Shown: one piece after another, positions 25,501 to 38,950 of the stretch | How positions within the stretch are numbered: position 1 is the first letter of the stretch | How the letters are laid out: each line of letters begins with the position of its first letter | DNA from: Callorhinchus milii | Lineage: Eukaryota | Assembly: GCF_018977255.1 (NCBI RefSeq) | Contig: NW_024704742.1 | Coordinates: forward strand, 114,328,001-114,392,000 | Direction: 5' to 3' | Length of the DNA stretch: 64,000 nucleotides | Notes under the pieces: model-generated | The model's input: the letters and a program-made list of their open reading frames with translations, nothing else | Databases searched by the model: none | Told to the model about the DNA's origin: nothing | Program-made: the position numbers and the translations under genes

Positions 25501-27099
25501 AACCACACCAATTAAATGAAAGTGGTTGACGGCATTCACAATTTAAAACTAAATGAACCGAGGCTCTGGTGTGCACACTCCCACCACACCACTTTGTTTG
25601 CTGCAACTCTAACTGGATTCACAGTCCTGTAGAACCATTATTGCCACCACTTGAAAATAATATAAATTAAAGTTTGTGACAACTTCCATTATACTCTGAA
25701 CTGCTCCTTCCCATTGAAATCAACAGTAACTGATTTGTTAAGATGTTGGCACATGTGCACACTACTCATTATCCAGCTCCAAACAGTAGGAAGTTGGACT
25801 TTGTGGTGAAGTTGTGTCAGGTTTTGGTTGCATGGTAATGGCTGAGACTTGGAGCTGAATAAAGCTAAGTAATTTCCTCAGATTCTGTACTGGTGGGGGC
25901 GGAGGGGGTTGGAGGGGTGAAATAAGGTGTAAATATGGCTAAATATGTAAAGAATTTTTGAGAGCAATTAGGGAAAGCAGCTGCTTCAAAGTAGGAACAG
26001 ACAGCTGGATGGCTACTGCTACTCCTTCAGATTAAAGAGTTAAATGGACAATCAGAAGAAAACAATAGGAGTAAATAATATGCCCTGACTTTAGAAAAAG
26101 GATAAGTGATTGGGCATTGTACCAACTGCACTGGAACACTCCAGTTGTACCATTTTATAAGATCTTGCTACCATTGATATAAGGAAAAGCAGGACAGCAT
26201 TAGGTGGCATCTGCACTTGAGTAGCACATTACAGTTATTTGAAGGTAGGTGAAGCATTACAAGCTAAAATGTCAGTTAACAAACTCACCGATCTCCAGGA
26301 AGCAATCTGGCTGTGAACTCCCTGTCCCCCACCTTGCACAATGCCACCAAAATGAAATTTGTTGGTAGGTTGGTGAATCAGTCCCATATGGGCAAACACA
26401 CAATTCGATGTCCAAGGAATTGGAATGGATTCCTTAAACATTATCAAGATGTTAACATATCTGGCTGTAAGTTATACTCCAACAACGGTTACCAGAAAAT
26501 TGCAGTTCTCATACAAAAGAAAAATTATGTAGCTCCCAATTACCATCATTCTTATTAAATAGACAGAACTTAGTTAAGATTGCTCCTTTATGGTATTATG
26601 TAAGCAAACTGGATAGTTTTATAGTGGAAATAATGCAGGTTTTCAATATCACTGCTGGCAATTCATATTGATTGCCAACTTAACAGAACCAGTAAACAAA
26701 AGTGTAAAATAGACTTTTGTTTATGTTGTAACATTTTCTATACATTTTTTAAATAGAAAGCTTTGTAGTATTGTGGATTTCCTCATGCTAAAATATTTCC
26801 TTCTATTCGACTGCATACTTTCCTTCTCCCTTTAGAGGGTGCTCTACATTATCTTACTTGTTCTATATTAAAAAAATCTGCACATAAACCCAATATAAAT
26901 GAGAAGCTCATGCATTTTTAAATATTGAAATGATTGAAACCAAAATAAATGTAAACTTTTTCTGCTATTTGTAGAAATGTACAGTTGAATCCAAAATGTC
27001 AAACCATAGAATGTATCCCCATAATGTAGACATATTTCGTCCAATATTTGAACTATATTAAAAAACATTACAATATGTTAAGAACTTGTTACCATCTAA

Positions 27100-27330
27100 T
27101 AAGAGAGGGAATTTCTCCTGGCAAACTATCCTCCAGCTAAAATTGGTCATTCACTTCACTTGTAGGTGATCACGGCAGCTCATTTGCATTCAGCAATACA
27201 TTACTGTATGCAAATTGTCTGCTGCGATTTGTCGACAAAGAGACAGTCAATGCACTTTACAGTATTATTCTGTGAATCGTTTTGAGACATTTTGGCTATG
27301 TGATATTAAATGCTAAGATTCTTTATTAAT
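27100..27330 (+). mobile_element. Deu-like SINE 3' half
   Basis: AAGAGAGGGAATTTCTCC..GCAAATTGTCTGCTGCG..CACTTTACAG..TGTGAATCGTTTTGAGAC tail. Confidence 0.7.
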
Positions 27331-28279
27331 ATATACATTGTGTAGAATTTAAGTCTTTTCAAGCTATCCCCATTGATTGTCCAGCTAGGACCACCCTACC
27401 CCTTAGGGCTTTGGCTTACAAGGTTAACAGGAGCTGAGTGGGATGATTCCCTGCCCCCAGTAACTGGTCTGCCCTTCCAAGCTACTGCCTTCAAGTAAAT
27501 ACACATGCACAAAATATGTGAATTATGTGCTCCAGAAAAACCTAAAGTAAGTTATTATATTTGTATGAAACGATGTTAGTCCTGGTGTTACATGAAATAG
27601 CAACTATTAATCCTAATTGTTAAATATGCATTTTTTAAACAAATTTACACTAGAAAGTCTTCAATAAACCTTCCTTTATGCACAAAAGTAGATACAGTGC
27701 ATTTTTAATATGTGGTGATTTAACAACAGGATGCAGCCAAAGTAACCCTAACCTGGATAAAATCCATACATGTTTGCACCAACGTGAAAGGCGCTCTATA
27801 AATGGAATCTTGTTGTTGTTGATGGTTGGTGAGAACAAGGAAAGAATTTGAGAAATTGTACTGGATGGCCAAGAGGCAGCCCAGATATTTCTTAAACAAT
27901 CCTAGCTGAACAAATGGTGATTAACTGTACTTAAAAGGCTGAATATAAAGGATGAATTTACAAATAACAATACTGAAAGACAGAGTCAAGGGAAGTAGGA
28001 TGTAAAGCATCACTGACAGCGATATATTTGCTCCACTGATACAGATTTCCAAGGTGCAGTCACGTTTTTTTATCAGAAGAGTGGCTTGGGTTTACCATGC
28101 AACATTTATGCAGCTATTCTTCCTGAGAACTGACAGCTTAGCCACATCCCTCAAATGTAAAAATGGATGCTGGTATGCAAGCTCTAGTGCATTGATCTGT
28201 GTAATCTTTTTTGCGCTGCAATAAGTAGAAGGGCAAGAAATCTGTTTCTAAATAGTCTAACCAAAAGGGCAACAAAGAA

Positions 28280-28640
28280 CTCCCTGATGGCCTAGTTAGT
28301 GAAGGCACAGTAGGTATATAGTACTAAACCATAGACCAGAAAGTCACAGGTTTTAAGCACAGTCCTTGCAGAGATAATGGGTATCAACTGGAACAATTGA
28401 CAGGTTACCATTGAGATTCCCATCCTTGATCAGGAAAGAAAAAGCAAGGGATCTTCACTTTTGATCCCTATCCAATATCTGGAAGGTACATATTGCAAAG
28501 TCGGTTGAAGATAGGATCAAACTTGGCTGAAATTTCACCACCTACCAGCCCCGAATGGCTGTCAACTTCAACAGTCAAGGTTTACATATTAATATCAAAT
28601 AAGGCAACATTTGGCTGACATTTGGCATCTTTGGAGCCAG
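28280..28640 (+). mobile_element. Old tRNA-derived SINE. Related pieces at about 10930-11140(+), 27370-27510(+), 34215-34280(-), 47545-47640(+) and 50640-50920(-)
   Basis: GGCCTAGTTAG..AGTACTAAACCATAGACCAGAAAGTCACAGGTT head. Blocks such as CAATTG(G)CCT..CTAGG and GATCCCTATCCA recur across the listed copies. Confidence 0.55.
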
Positions 28641-29429
28641 CTAAAAGAAGAATTAAACACCTTCAGGAGAGAGGAGAATAGAGGAGAAATGTGGAAGGGT
28701 AAAATGAGGCCATGACATTCCATCACTGAACACACATAAGCTTTGTAGAATATCAAAGCTCTTAAAAGTGGTACAGGAAGATAATCTACTGTAACTAATG
28801 TCACTACATCTTTATTAAGAGGTGTTGCTTAATGACAAAGCATCTTCGTCGCTACATTGATGACTATGTCAAATTTACTTTGGTAGAATTTCACTCAACT
28901 CAAAAATAACTTAAAGACGTCAAAACATATGGAAAGAGTTGATCATTTCCTGGTAATCTCATCTTTCATTTAGTAAAGATCAAATTTCATGCGACAGCAT
29001 AATGAAGACTGCCTGCAATGACTGTCCTTGCACCACATAATATTTAGAAAGATCATATCATAGAACCAATTTCAGGCTGTTCTCTCAGCTGACATCCTGT
29101 TTCCGATTTGAATCCCAATCCATGTGGGTATGGAGATTATGATTTGAGGCAATTATAGCACAGTATATCTTAATATTAATAACTTTACATACGAACAACT
29201 AACTGCATTGGTTGTTAATCACTCAGCCAACTCCAATATGCAGAATATTTGGTACAGATCTGGCAACCTCAGCATTAAAACTGCCTCAGACCTTAGACCC
29301 TTAAAACCAATAGACATGCAAAACGGACGTAAGTACAGAGATGCCATTTTTATTCCTTATTGCCCAGAGATATGCTTGAGAGATGAAAAGATCATTCTTG
29401 TAATCTAAAGCCTACATGGGTTCTATTCC

Positions 29430-29750
29430 CAGCAGCGCAAATCGTTGGGCAAGTTTCCTTACTCCCCACGCCTCTTCTTACCCAGCAGTAAGTAGGAACC
29501 CAGTTGTTAGTCGACTGGCTTATCATTTTCCTAGGCATAATAATTCCTCAAGAAAATAAAACAAACCAATAATAATTTGGTCACTTCAATCCACGACTGT
29601 TTGTGGGACACTATTGTGTTCAATTGGCGGCTGTGTTTCACCCACAAATATACAGTCAATTCACTTTACAGCATATTCTGTGAAGCGTTTTGAGACGTTT
29701 AGAAGACGTGAAAAGTGCTATATCAAATGTAAGGATTATTATTATTATCA
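29430..29750 (+). mobile_element. tRNA-Ala SINE, long older variant, 5'-truncated
   Basis: TTGGGCAAGTTTCCTTACTCCCCACGCCT followed by about 60 extra bp (TTACCCAGCAGTAAGTAGGAACC...), then the standard body and tail. Confidence 0.9.
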
Positions 29751-31662
29751 TCACATTTACTCCAGCAGTAATACAGAACAATGAAACCAATAGACAGACA
29801 TAAAGACATCTTTAACATAAATGCATATTTATGTTTGCTCTGTATTGGGATGATATATCGGAAATCCCATGCTGGACTAACAGCTTAAATGAGAAGAGAT
29901 TCTGGAAATGGTATAGGCTGCCATAGATAAGGGACACGCGCTATAGGGCTGGTAGCAACACAAACGGTATATCTATAAACTTGTGCCTGTACGGTTGTTT
30001 AAAAGTCAAAATTCCCAGCAGGTGGGGATTGCCACACCAGACCAACAATTGGGAAAACACATCACTGGTCTGTGCAGCGTGCTGAGTTTCCAACCACAAC
30101 CAGAATAAATGGCAGCCCACAGCACTGCAGGAGAGGGCTTGGATCGTCTCTACTGAGGAAGCAGTGCCACTTCTGCTGTACAACATTGCTGCTGAACTCA
30201 GCTTTGGCACGGATGGCAGTGCTGCAAGGCAAATACGGCATGAATGGAGAATTGGAGTTCTTGAGTGTGTTGGTTTTCATTAATATATTCATAACAGATG
30301 CTATTCTATTTTCTGATTAGGGAAAACCTGAAAGCATTATACTGTACTTAAAGCTTTTACAACATTTTGGGTTATTTTGGAAGCCCCTAAGTAAATAAGT
30401 TTCCTTAGACAGATAGCATCCATCAAGGCCAAAAAAATCCATATTTTTGGCAAATGATAAATACATTTTCTGGCATTTTTTAAAATAAAAAGACGCATTT
30501 TCAATGGACAAAGTATAATTACCAATACAAAATTTCAGTTTCTGTTTTTAAAAATCAGTTTTTTTAAAATACAAAGTGTGTTGTGTGAGGTTACCAGTTA
30601 AAATATAAAAATGCAAGCTGCGATTAGATGGTGTATCTATCTCATGTGTATTGCAACATTTAGTACTGATTGAAATATTGCTAATAATTTATGGGGTTAA
30701 CATTTTTTAAATATTCGGCTTTCTCATTACAGGAGTGGAATGTCCCCTTCCCCCACTTTCATTTGCTCCCCCCCACACCCATCTAAAACAATCTCCACCC
30801 ATCTCAATCTGGATAAAAGCCAACATACAGCTTATGCAATCGCTGTACAAGCCAGGGTATCACATTTTAAACATGCAGCTCTCCAGCAGTCACTTTACAT
30901 TTTATGAAATTGGAGCCTTTCCGAGACCATTCACTTAGAATGCACTAAGGGTCCAATTTTCCCCTTGCTATGTGGGTGCAAATGTAAAACAAGATTTATG
31001 CCCCTTTTGCTATTACCTCTTTGTTTCCCTCCCCCAACCCATGTTAGCAGGGGAGGGTAATCTAAAACCAAGACAGGCGGTCATTTCATGCATACCAGAA
31101 TGCAGTTTTACCCTTCACAGTGAATGCAAACTGAATTTTAAAAAAAGTCTTGCAGATAAGAACCATGAAGCAAGTCTTATCTGTATGCAACAGTCATTCC
31201 TTACTTTCAAACTGTTTCTTACCCAAAACTGACTGCAACTGAGGATAAAGCTTCTTTTTAAAAAAAAACTGAAAAAAAGGGAGGAATAGATAGTTTTTAC
31301 AGGAAGTCACTCAGTGACACAACTGCCACTTTGACATACACAGGTCGCAAGTCAAGAGCTGGTCCCTGTGGGGAAGCAGTAATGGCTGTCATCCAGTTAA
31401 TGAACAAGATGAGAGTGAGCAAGAAAAAGATTAGAAGACAGCAAAGGCAGATAGAAATAGGTTGTCAACTGTAAGGCTAATTTTAAAATGTTTTGTGCAA
31501 ATACTTAGATACAAACTGAAGAAAGTTATTTATCAAGAACGTCATCAAAACAAAATGTAGAAAATAGGTCTTTTTATACTTTGCAATTGTTAGATTCTGG
31601 TTAGCACACAAGTCTTGTGCTGACACATTTTCATTAACAACAGTAGTCTTATATTGAGGATA

Positions 31663-31903
31663 TATGCCCCTATGCCCCGAGCCACTATGCCCCGAGGCTC
31701 TGGAACTCGCTTCCTCATACCCTATGCCTCACTCCCTCTCTTCCTATTTTCAGGTCTCTGCTGAAGACCTTTCTTTTCGACCACGTATTTGGTCACCTTC
31801 CTCCCCCCTCCCTCTGGCTTAGTTCCGGGATCCGTTACTGTGAAGCGCTCTGAGACGCCGCCCGGCGTGGAGGGCGCTATATAAATCCAAGTTGTTGTTG
31901 TTA
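31663..31903 (+). mobile_element. L2 LINE 3' end
   Basis: GCCACTATGCCCCGAGGCTCTGGAACTCGCT..CTGAAGACCTTTCTTTTCGACC..GTGAAGCGCTCTGAGACG..GGCGCTATATAAAT(GTT)n. Confidence 0.9.
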
Positions 31904-32582
31904 TATAAAGAAACCATATTTTATGTGTTTTAAAGCAGTATTCCACATTCTGAATGTTGGAAGTAATGCATTTACAATATATTTAACAGACAGAAGCTAC
32001 TTCTATCGTATGCTTGACAATAATTATGGGTGAAGCGCTGTGAGATGGTTCAATGTGATGAGGCGCTATTGAATCCCAAGTTCTTTCTTTTTTACACATG
32101 ATATTGGATAGAGTTGCACGTCTTGCCAGAACATTGTGGACATCAACCGGAATAGAGATTTAAAAGGATATGGAGAGAGGGTAGGACAGTGGATTTAAAG
32201 CGCTCCAGGATGCTACCCCGCATGAAGGGCACTATATAAATGTAAGTTGTTGGTATTATTGAAAGTACAGTTTACCCTGAGAATAGGTGCAGATTTTGAG
32301 TCAAAAGGCCTCCTCCTGTACTGTAAATTTCTATGATTTTATTTGTCAGAAAATAATTGCATCAGATCATTTAATAGTTAGTTCCTTTGCATCTAAACTT
32401 GCTTTCTGTCTCACTTACAGTCTTGTAAATTGCAAGGCTTGCAATTTTGACCTGTATTTGGGACTGGGAACCACTTTCTTGAAAATCAAGTAACCCAATG
32501 AAATTTCACTTCAGATCTGCAGGTTCTTTTCCTTTCTCCCCTCCATACACGCGCTTTTCAGGCAGTGTGGGCTGTGATTATT

Positions 32583-32652
32583 ACTGCTTTACATTATAGG
32601 TTTGCCTCCAGAGGCTACCCATCTCTGGAGGTAAATTATAATATAAAATGGT
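32583..32652 (+). repeat. About 70-nt imperfect hairpin
   Basis: TTTACATTATAGGTTTGCCTCCAGAG, a 9-nt loop, then CTCTGGAGGTAAATTATAATATAAA. About 24 pairs including G-U on the + strand. Confidence 0.8.
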
Positions 32653-32879
32653 CAGTTTTCTCAGTATTGTATTTTGGAAAATATGACTGACTCATATTTT
32701 TGACTTGGAATACAATATAAAAATGGCATTAATGTTGCATGCAAGAGAATAACTCAGAATTAGCAAATGCTAATGAGGTGGCAAATTTATCATTTGGTTT
32801 GAACTAGTTACTTTGAGAATAGCAATGACTTTCAGTTTGGCTAAAGGGAACAGTGATGTTTGTATTTGCTAATACAATT

Positions 32880-33030
32880 CCACCCTTCAAGCCCAATGTT
32901 GGGGTTTTGAGCTCACTTAGTCTAAGGTGACACTCCGATGCAGCGTTTGGATGTGCTGCACTGCTGGAGGTGTCATCCTTCGATAATAATTTAAACCGAG
33001 GTTTTATCTGTCTATTCAGGAGAACATTAA
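32880..33030 (+). mobile_element. SacSINE1/Deu-like SINE fragment
   Basis: GGTGACACTCCGATGCAG..GTGCTGCACTGCTGGAGGTGTCATCCTT..TTAAACCGAGG. Confidence 0.75.
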
Positions 33031-33467
33031 AGAACTCTATAGAACTTTATGCCAATTTCCCAGCCCAGCAATCACTTCCACTTCAGACTATGGTGCAGAT
33101 ACGTGGACAACTTGCATGTGGATAAACAGCATTTTCCTCCACCCACTTAGGCTCCCATTCAGTTGTGTAAAGTGGTTTGAGATGTCCTCCCAATGTGAAA
33201 ACCACAATCTAAATGTAAATTGTTGTTGTTGTCCTACTGTAACAGGGCTGCCCTATAGTTAGTACAATTAAAAGATTAAGTAAAGCTGTTATTTGTCACC
33301 AGCAGTAACTTTTTTTGTGGAGTGATAAATATAAGAATTATTTATTAACATTATCAAAAGACAAGGGGTTTGTTTAGGAAATGTAAACTATAGATTTAAT
33401 GCAAAACTACTTTTATACATTTAGTAGAACAGGATTTTGCACAAATGGATATATCTAGAGTGTGTTT

Positions 33468-33700
33468 ACCTTCAAAGCTCTCCATGGCCTTGCACCCCCT
33501 ACCTCTGCGATTTCTTAACCCCCTACCAACCTGCCTGCTCCCTCCGCTCAGGTCTGCTTCCGCCCTTGCCCTTCACCCTCCCCAACGACAACTTGGAAAT
33601 AATAATAATACTAATAATAATAATCCTAGCATTTGATATAGCGATTTTCACATCGGGAGGACGTCCCAAAGCGCTTCCAGAACACACTGAAAAGTGAAAT
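33468..33700. mobile_element. L2 fragment (+, 33468-33590) joined to a SINE tail (-, 33598-33700)
   Basis: ACCTTCAAAGCTCTCCATGGCCTTGCACCCCCTACCTC, then (AAT)n-CCTAGCATTTGATATAGCG..GGGAGGACGTCCCAAAGCGCTTC. Confidence 0.8.
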
Positions 33701-35639
33701 GGGACCAGCAGCCTTTTTTTAAATGGATCCTTTAGAACATGAAGTCGAATTTTAAGGACTCAAAAGACTACATTCTAATGAGGTCACCCTTTACCTATTT
33801 TGTCATTACAGTTTCAGTTGAAGTGATATTTTACATTTAATTTGCTAAAGTACCAAAATGCAAAAAATATCCCTGCACAAAATTAGTTGTTATTATTCAA
33901 AATCAGAATGCCTTTGAAACAAAAATTCTTAACTTAGCAAAACAGTTTATAAACATTAAAACGGGGTTGCCACAGCTGAGCTTTAGCCCCTTCGCATGAT
34001 CTCCATAAACAAATGCACATTACCAGAAGTAGAAAACATGGCTGATTTTTTTCCTTCATTGACAAAGACACTGAGAATAACTGGACCAAATGTATTGATG
34101 CCCACATTGGTTTGCGTTAAATCATACTTAAAACTTGTAGGTCACAGACCAGATCAGATACTGTTATGCATGAAGAGTACTACAAAAATGAAAGTCGTTA
34201 TTATTGTTGTTGATTGAACCTGTGATCTATAGGTCTCAGTACTGCACCATATGGCACACTTACTGAGCTACTGAGTGCTCAGAGGATTTCTATTACTTTT
34301 TAACTAACAAATAAATGTTGAAGTTTCAATAAAATGGTTTGTTTGCCAAGTGAAAAGCAAATTTACATTTAAAAAATGGGGCTACTTAGCAACTGACTTT
34401 TAATTTTTTTTTAAACAAATACAAAAGCACTCCTTAAAATGGTCTAAAAAGATTATTATATAATTTACTCTGTTTACATTGAAACCTGTTGATGTTAAAT
34501 AAAACATTTTGATTTGAATTTGTTTATTTATTTATCGGTTCATAATTACAGCTGCACTGAGCAATTATATTTGTAAAGGTCTCGATTACTGAACAAGTCA
34601 ACTGAATAATCAAATCCATTGAACTATCATTACAAGGGGTTATTTCCTATGAATGTGCAGTCTGGCAACATGGGGAAATCTGATCATTCGTCATCTTCAG
34701 CCAATACCAAGTGCTAATAAACAATTTAAAGATATTTCAGTTGTCAGTATTCCTTAAAAACTGCATTGGCAATGTCACAGAAAATATACAAAACTATACC
34801 CAATCGTCTTACAATACTGTACCTCTCTAGCAATGATAAATCAATTATTGAGCTCAATTTTAATCAATTAATTTTTTTTAAAAATGATTACATTCTGCTT
34901 AATTATCACAGCTTTACTGATAACTGTATTTACATTTTGTTGAGGTAAACTATGATGGTGCTTCTTACAACTCAATTCAACAGAGAGAACAATAACTCAC
35001 TGTGCAATTCCTTGGGAGTTCTCAAAAATGCACAATGCAGTAAACTGCTACAACTTCTTACCTCTCTGGAAATTAAATCTTATCTACAGTATTCACTAGA
35101 TTGCACTTTACAACTTTAAACAAAAACAAAATATTACAAACATATAAACCCTTATTGCTGACAACTTACATTGTTAGAACAGGTCATACAACAGCTGCTG
35201 AGAATTCAAAGGCTCAATGATTCAGTGAAACATTTTTAAACAAGACTTAAATTTATAGTGACATCAAATTAAACCTTAATTCAACATCATCGTAGCTGAA
35301 TTAACAGTGCAGAATTTCTTAATTCAGTGTCATGTAGAATTAAACAACTGGAATATGTCTACAAATTTTGTTGCCCAAAGAAAATTGAACCAAATCAGCG
35401 AAAGAAACCCTTGATCCTATGGCTGCATTGTCCTGCATCCAAAGGTACAGTTTCTAACTGTAAATTTAAGTTTGGGAATATTATCTTATTTTATGCTACA
35501 TTTTCAAGATAATTTAGAATAAACTGGAGTGATAACCATAAACAAAAGCAAGGGAACATTTGTTAATTTACACCACTTTTAAACTATAAACTTTAATTGT
35601 CCATGCCTCAATCTTGGAAGTAAATTGGAAAGTGAAGGA

Positions 35640-36080
35640 TACAGCTATCAGTGAAGACTGCACAGGTTAGGGCTTCTTACCCTGGAGACAAGACAATTGA
35701 GGGGGGGGCCTGATAGAGGTGTTTAAAATTATTAAGGGATTTGATAAGGTAAACTATGAATAGACTGTTTCCATAATACAGACACAGGGCATAAATATAA
35801 GATTATCACTAACAGATCTAAAAGAGAGTTACAAGGAACTTCTTTACACAGAGGATGGAGAGAATGTGTAACATAATGGCAGAAGTTATGATTGACCCTG
35901 ACGCATCAACACATTTTAAAGGAAACTTAATGCATACAACAAGACAGAAGGGAATAAAGGAATATGGGGAATAGAGGGGTATGGAGAGGAATCAGGATGG
36001 GTGGACACTCGTGGAGTACAAACACTGGCACAGTCTAGTTGGACCAAATGGCCTGTTTCCATGCTCAAATTCTATGTAAT
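35640..36080 (+). mobile_element. CR1 LINE 3' remnant
   Basis: CAGCTATCAGTGAAGACTG..CTGATAGAGGTGTTTAAAATT..TTCTTTACACAGAGG..GGACCAAATGGCCTGTTTCCATGCT..ATTCTATG. Confidence 0.8.
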
Positions 36081-36151
36081 TTTGCGTAGATAGTCTTCAG
36101 ATTATACTGCACCCACCTCCACCGAACAGCTCCTGCTCACCTAGACACACA

Positions 36152-36236
36152 TAATAGAGCCTCGATTATCTGCAAATTTAAGTTATTCACAAGGAGTAGG
36201 GGGCATAATTATGGTAGATAACTAAGGTTCCACTGA
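36152..36236. mobile_element. Tiny Tigger-like MITE remnant
   Basis: Imperfect inverted ends TAATAGAGCCTCGATTATCTGC and GTAGATAACTAAGGTTCCACTGA. Confidence 0.45.
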
Positions 36237-37999
36237 AATTACAACTGAATTTTTATATTTCAATTACAAATCGAAATGCAATGTCCCTAGGAATAAAGAA
36301 AGCTTGAGTTTGAATGGTTCCAGACAAACATTCATAAAGGAAGGTTGTCTACTTAACACATTTCTAAAAGTCAACCAGGGATTTTCTTGCTGCTGACTGA
36401 TTATACCCTCTAGAGCCAGCTACATATGTAACAACACATTTTATGTAGTTCTTTCACTCACAAATGTCACTGTTCATATCATGCAGAGAAAACACACTCA
36501 TGACATGCTACTTTAAAATGCCAAATTATCCAAGGAAAGTTACAATTCAGAACAGACTTTAAATGTTGCATCTGTCTCAGGCTGGAAAACTGGTTATACC
36601 AATTCAATACATTTTGTCAATCTGTGCACATTCTTTTTTAAAAAATAATATCACATGACTACAGAGTTACACTCAAAAACAATCATCCAAATAACAAATG
36701 ATGGAGTCTATCATATTGCCAGATACTAACATGAATGATCGTTCATCATTTTATTTTTAATGGAAAATTCATTATAACTAAAGATGGTAAGAGTTATCAA
36801 TGATAAATTATAGGCCTTACTATTTATTGTTTCTATACAGAATCATGTGTGTTATATTGATAACCACATTGTTGCATCTGAAAGGTTACAGTAAAGGCAA
36901 GCAGGATGGTATAGATTTCAGGAATATACAGGGCTAAGATTTAACAAATTAGGCTTGGTTTTATTAGAAAAATGTTTCAAGCCAACTGAATATAAATTTC
37001 AGAATTTTAAGGGGATCTGTAAAAATTGACTCAAATGTGTCCTAACTTCAATGGCTCCAAAACATTTTTGATTAAAACCAGAAAATTAGAAGTAAATAAT
37101 GAATATAGACAGAATGTTTCACACTAGAAGTAATGGACTTTTGGAATAAGTAACATTACTGAAGCAAACAATATGAATATACCAACATAAATAAATACGT
37201 TTCTTGACAAATAAGAGATTGTGAAATGTGGTGAGAAGACAGAAAGGTGGGCTTGTTAGACAAATTGGTCTTTTCCTATTATTAAAATGGAGTTGTATTA
37301 ACATATTCTATGTTACTAAATACATACTAATGAGGCTTCACTATAACACCATGTCTAACCCACCTGATGCAACTCAATTTCTCATAAAATCTTTAAACAC
37401 AAAAATAAACTTGGTGCTTAACTGGTTGAATATAAGACCTTCTTTTACTTATATTCAATTCTCAGTCTAGCAAAAAAGGAAAAGGTCATAAGGAATGTTC
37501 AATGCATTATTTTTCACAACAGATGAGATGCATAATGAAACCACGTGAACAGTGACAGAATCACAACGAACTGGAGGCATTTCCACCTGTGTTTCAGATC
37601 ATTACCGCCAAAATATGATGATATTCTTGTGTTAAAAATAAAATAAAATATATGAAATTCTTCCCTGCCATAATTAAACGTCAGTCACTCAAACAAAAGT
37701 GATCTTTTTTTCATGCATTGAAAAAGCTAACTCAACAGTTATTTATATTATATAAAGTTAAATATATACTTTGCAAATCTTTGTGTGTTTTAACAGCACT
37801 CAACTGGAGGCATTCTAACAGGGTAGTTAAAGCATCGTGAACTTGCTATCTGAGGTATATAAAACAATAATTTTGATTAGGCTGTGAAAAATTACTTGAA
37901 TAAAAGACAAACTTCCAATACCTTATATTGAACTATAAAGCTTTTATTTGAGATTTCCCCGCATTAAATAGGCATCTTGATCAATAGGCTACAGGACTT

Positions 38000-38283
38000 T
38001 GAGGAATCCTGGTGAGAGCACTTCTCTTGCAAGTGAGACAATTTTGGTTTGATTCCCAGGCAGGACAAATGCAAGTTTCCTTACTCCACATACCTCTGTT
38101 TACCTAATAGTAAGTAGGATCCTGGTTGTTATTGATTGGTGGATCGCTTTTCTGGGGGTAATAATCGCCCACAAAATATAGTCAATTCATTTTACAGTAT
38201 ATTCTGTGAAGTGCTTTGAGACGTCACGTAGACATGATAAGGCACTATATTAAATGCAAGGATTATTATTATTAATTATTATT
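38000..38283 (+). mobile_element. tRNA-Ala SINE, long older variant
   Basis: GAGAGCACTTCTCTTGCAAGTGAGA head, GCAAGTTTCCTTACTCCACATACCTCTGTTTACCTAATAGTAAGTAGG, standard tail. Confidence 0.85.
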
Positions 38284-38789
38284 CAATTAAAGTTCAAAGT
38301 CATTTCAATGTTCAGTTCTGATCTAAAGAGAGCTGCAACCTTATTTAAATAAACAAATTTGTTTACCTGGATTGGTCAGCTATAATAACTGCTTCAAAAT
38401 ACTTCTGTAAGTATTGCCTTGTAAGCCGGTAATAATAAACTGAAGACTACAGGTTTGATCATACTGTATGCTAAAATATGCAAGAACAATTCTGCACCAG
38501 CTAACTGATGGTATTTTAAGAAAACATTGAGCTATGACTTTTTCCCACAGAGAAAAGTGAATCATCTCAGTTAATGGAATTATTTTTGTCACAGCTGATG
38601 ATCCAGTCACTCTGATTTTTATTTCAACATCCAATGTCCTAAATGGATTGAACAGTATTAAACATTTACAAAACAAAATGTGTAGCTAACAAACATTAAT
38701 CAGTGAGGTAATTTGTGAATATTACTGATGTTACCAGATCATAGATTATTCAAGAATACATCCCATTGATAAATTCCTAGAGATAATGC

Positions 38790-38950
38790 AGGTTCTCTTC
38801 TTTGTAACCAAGCAAATAGAAAAAGGAAACTCTGGATGTCATATACATGGACTTTCAAAATGTATTTGAAAACATGCCACAAAGATTAAGATCTGGGGTA
38901 CTAAAGACAAAGTAGCAACAGATACAGGATTGGCTGAGGAACAGAAAAGT
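38790..38950 (+). mobile_element. Older CR1 RT fragment directly upstream of the younger CR1
   Basis: GGATGTCATATACATGGACTTTCAAAATGTATTTGA..GGATTGGCTGAGGAACAGAAA encodes a DVIYMDFQ..WL..RK motif that also occurs at 39575-39715. Confidence 0.75.
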
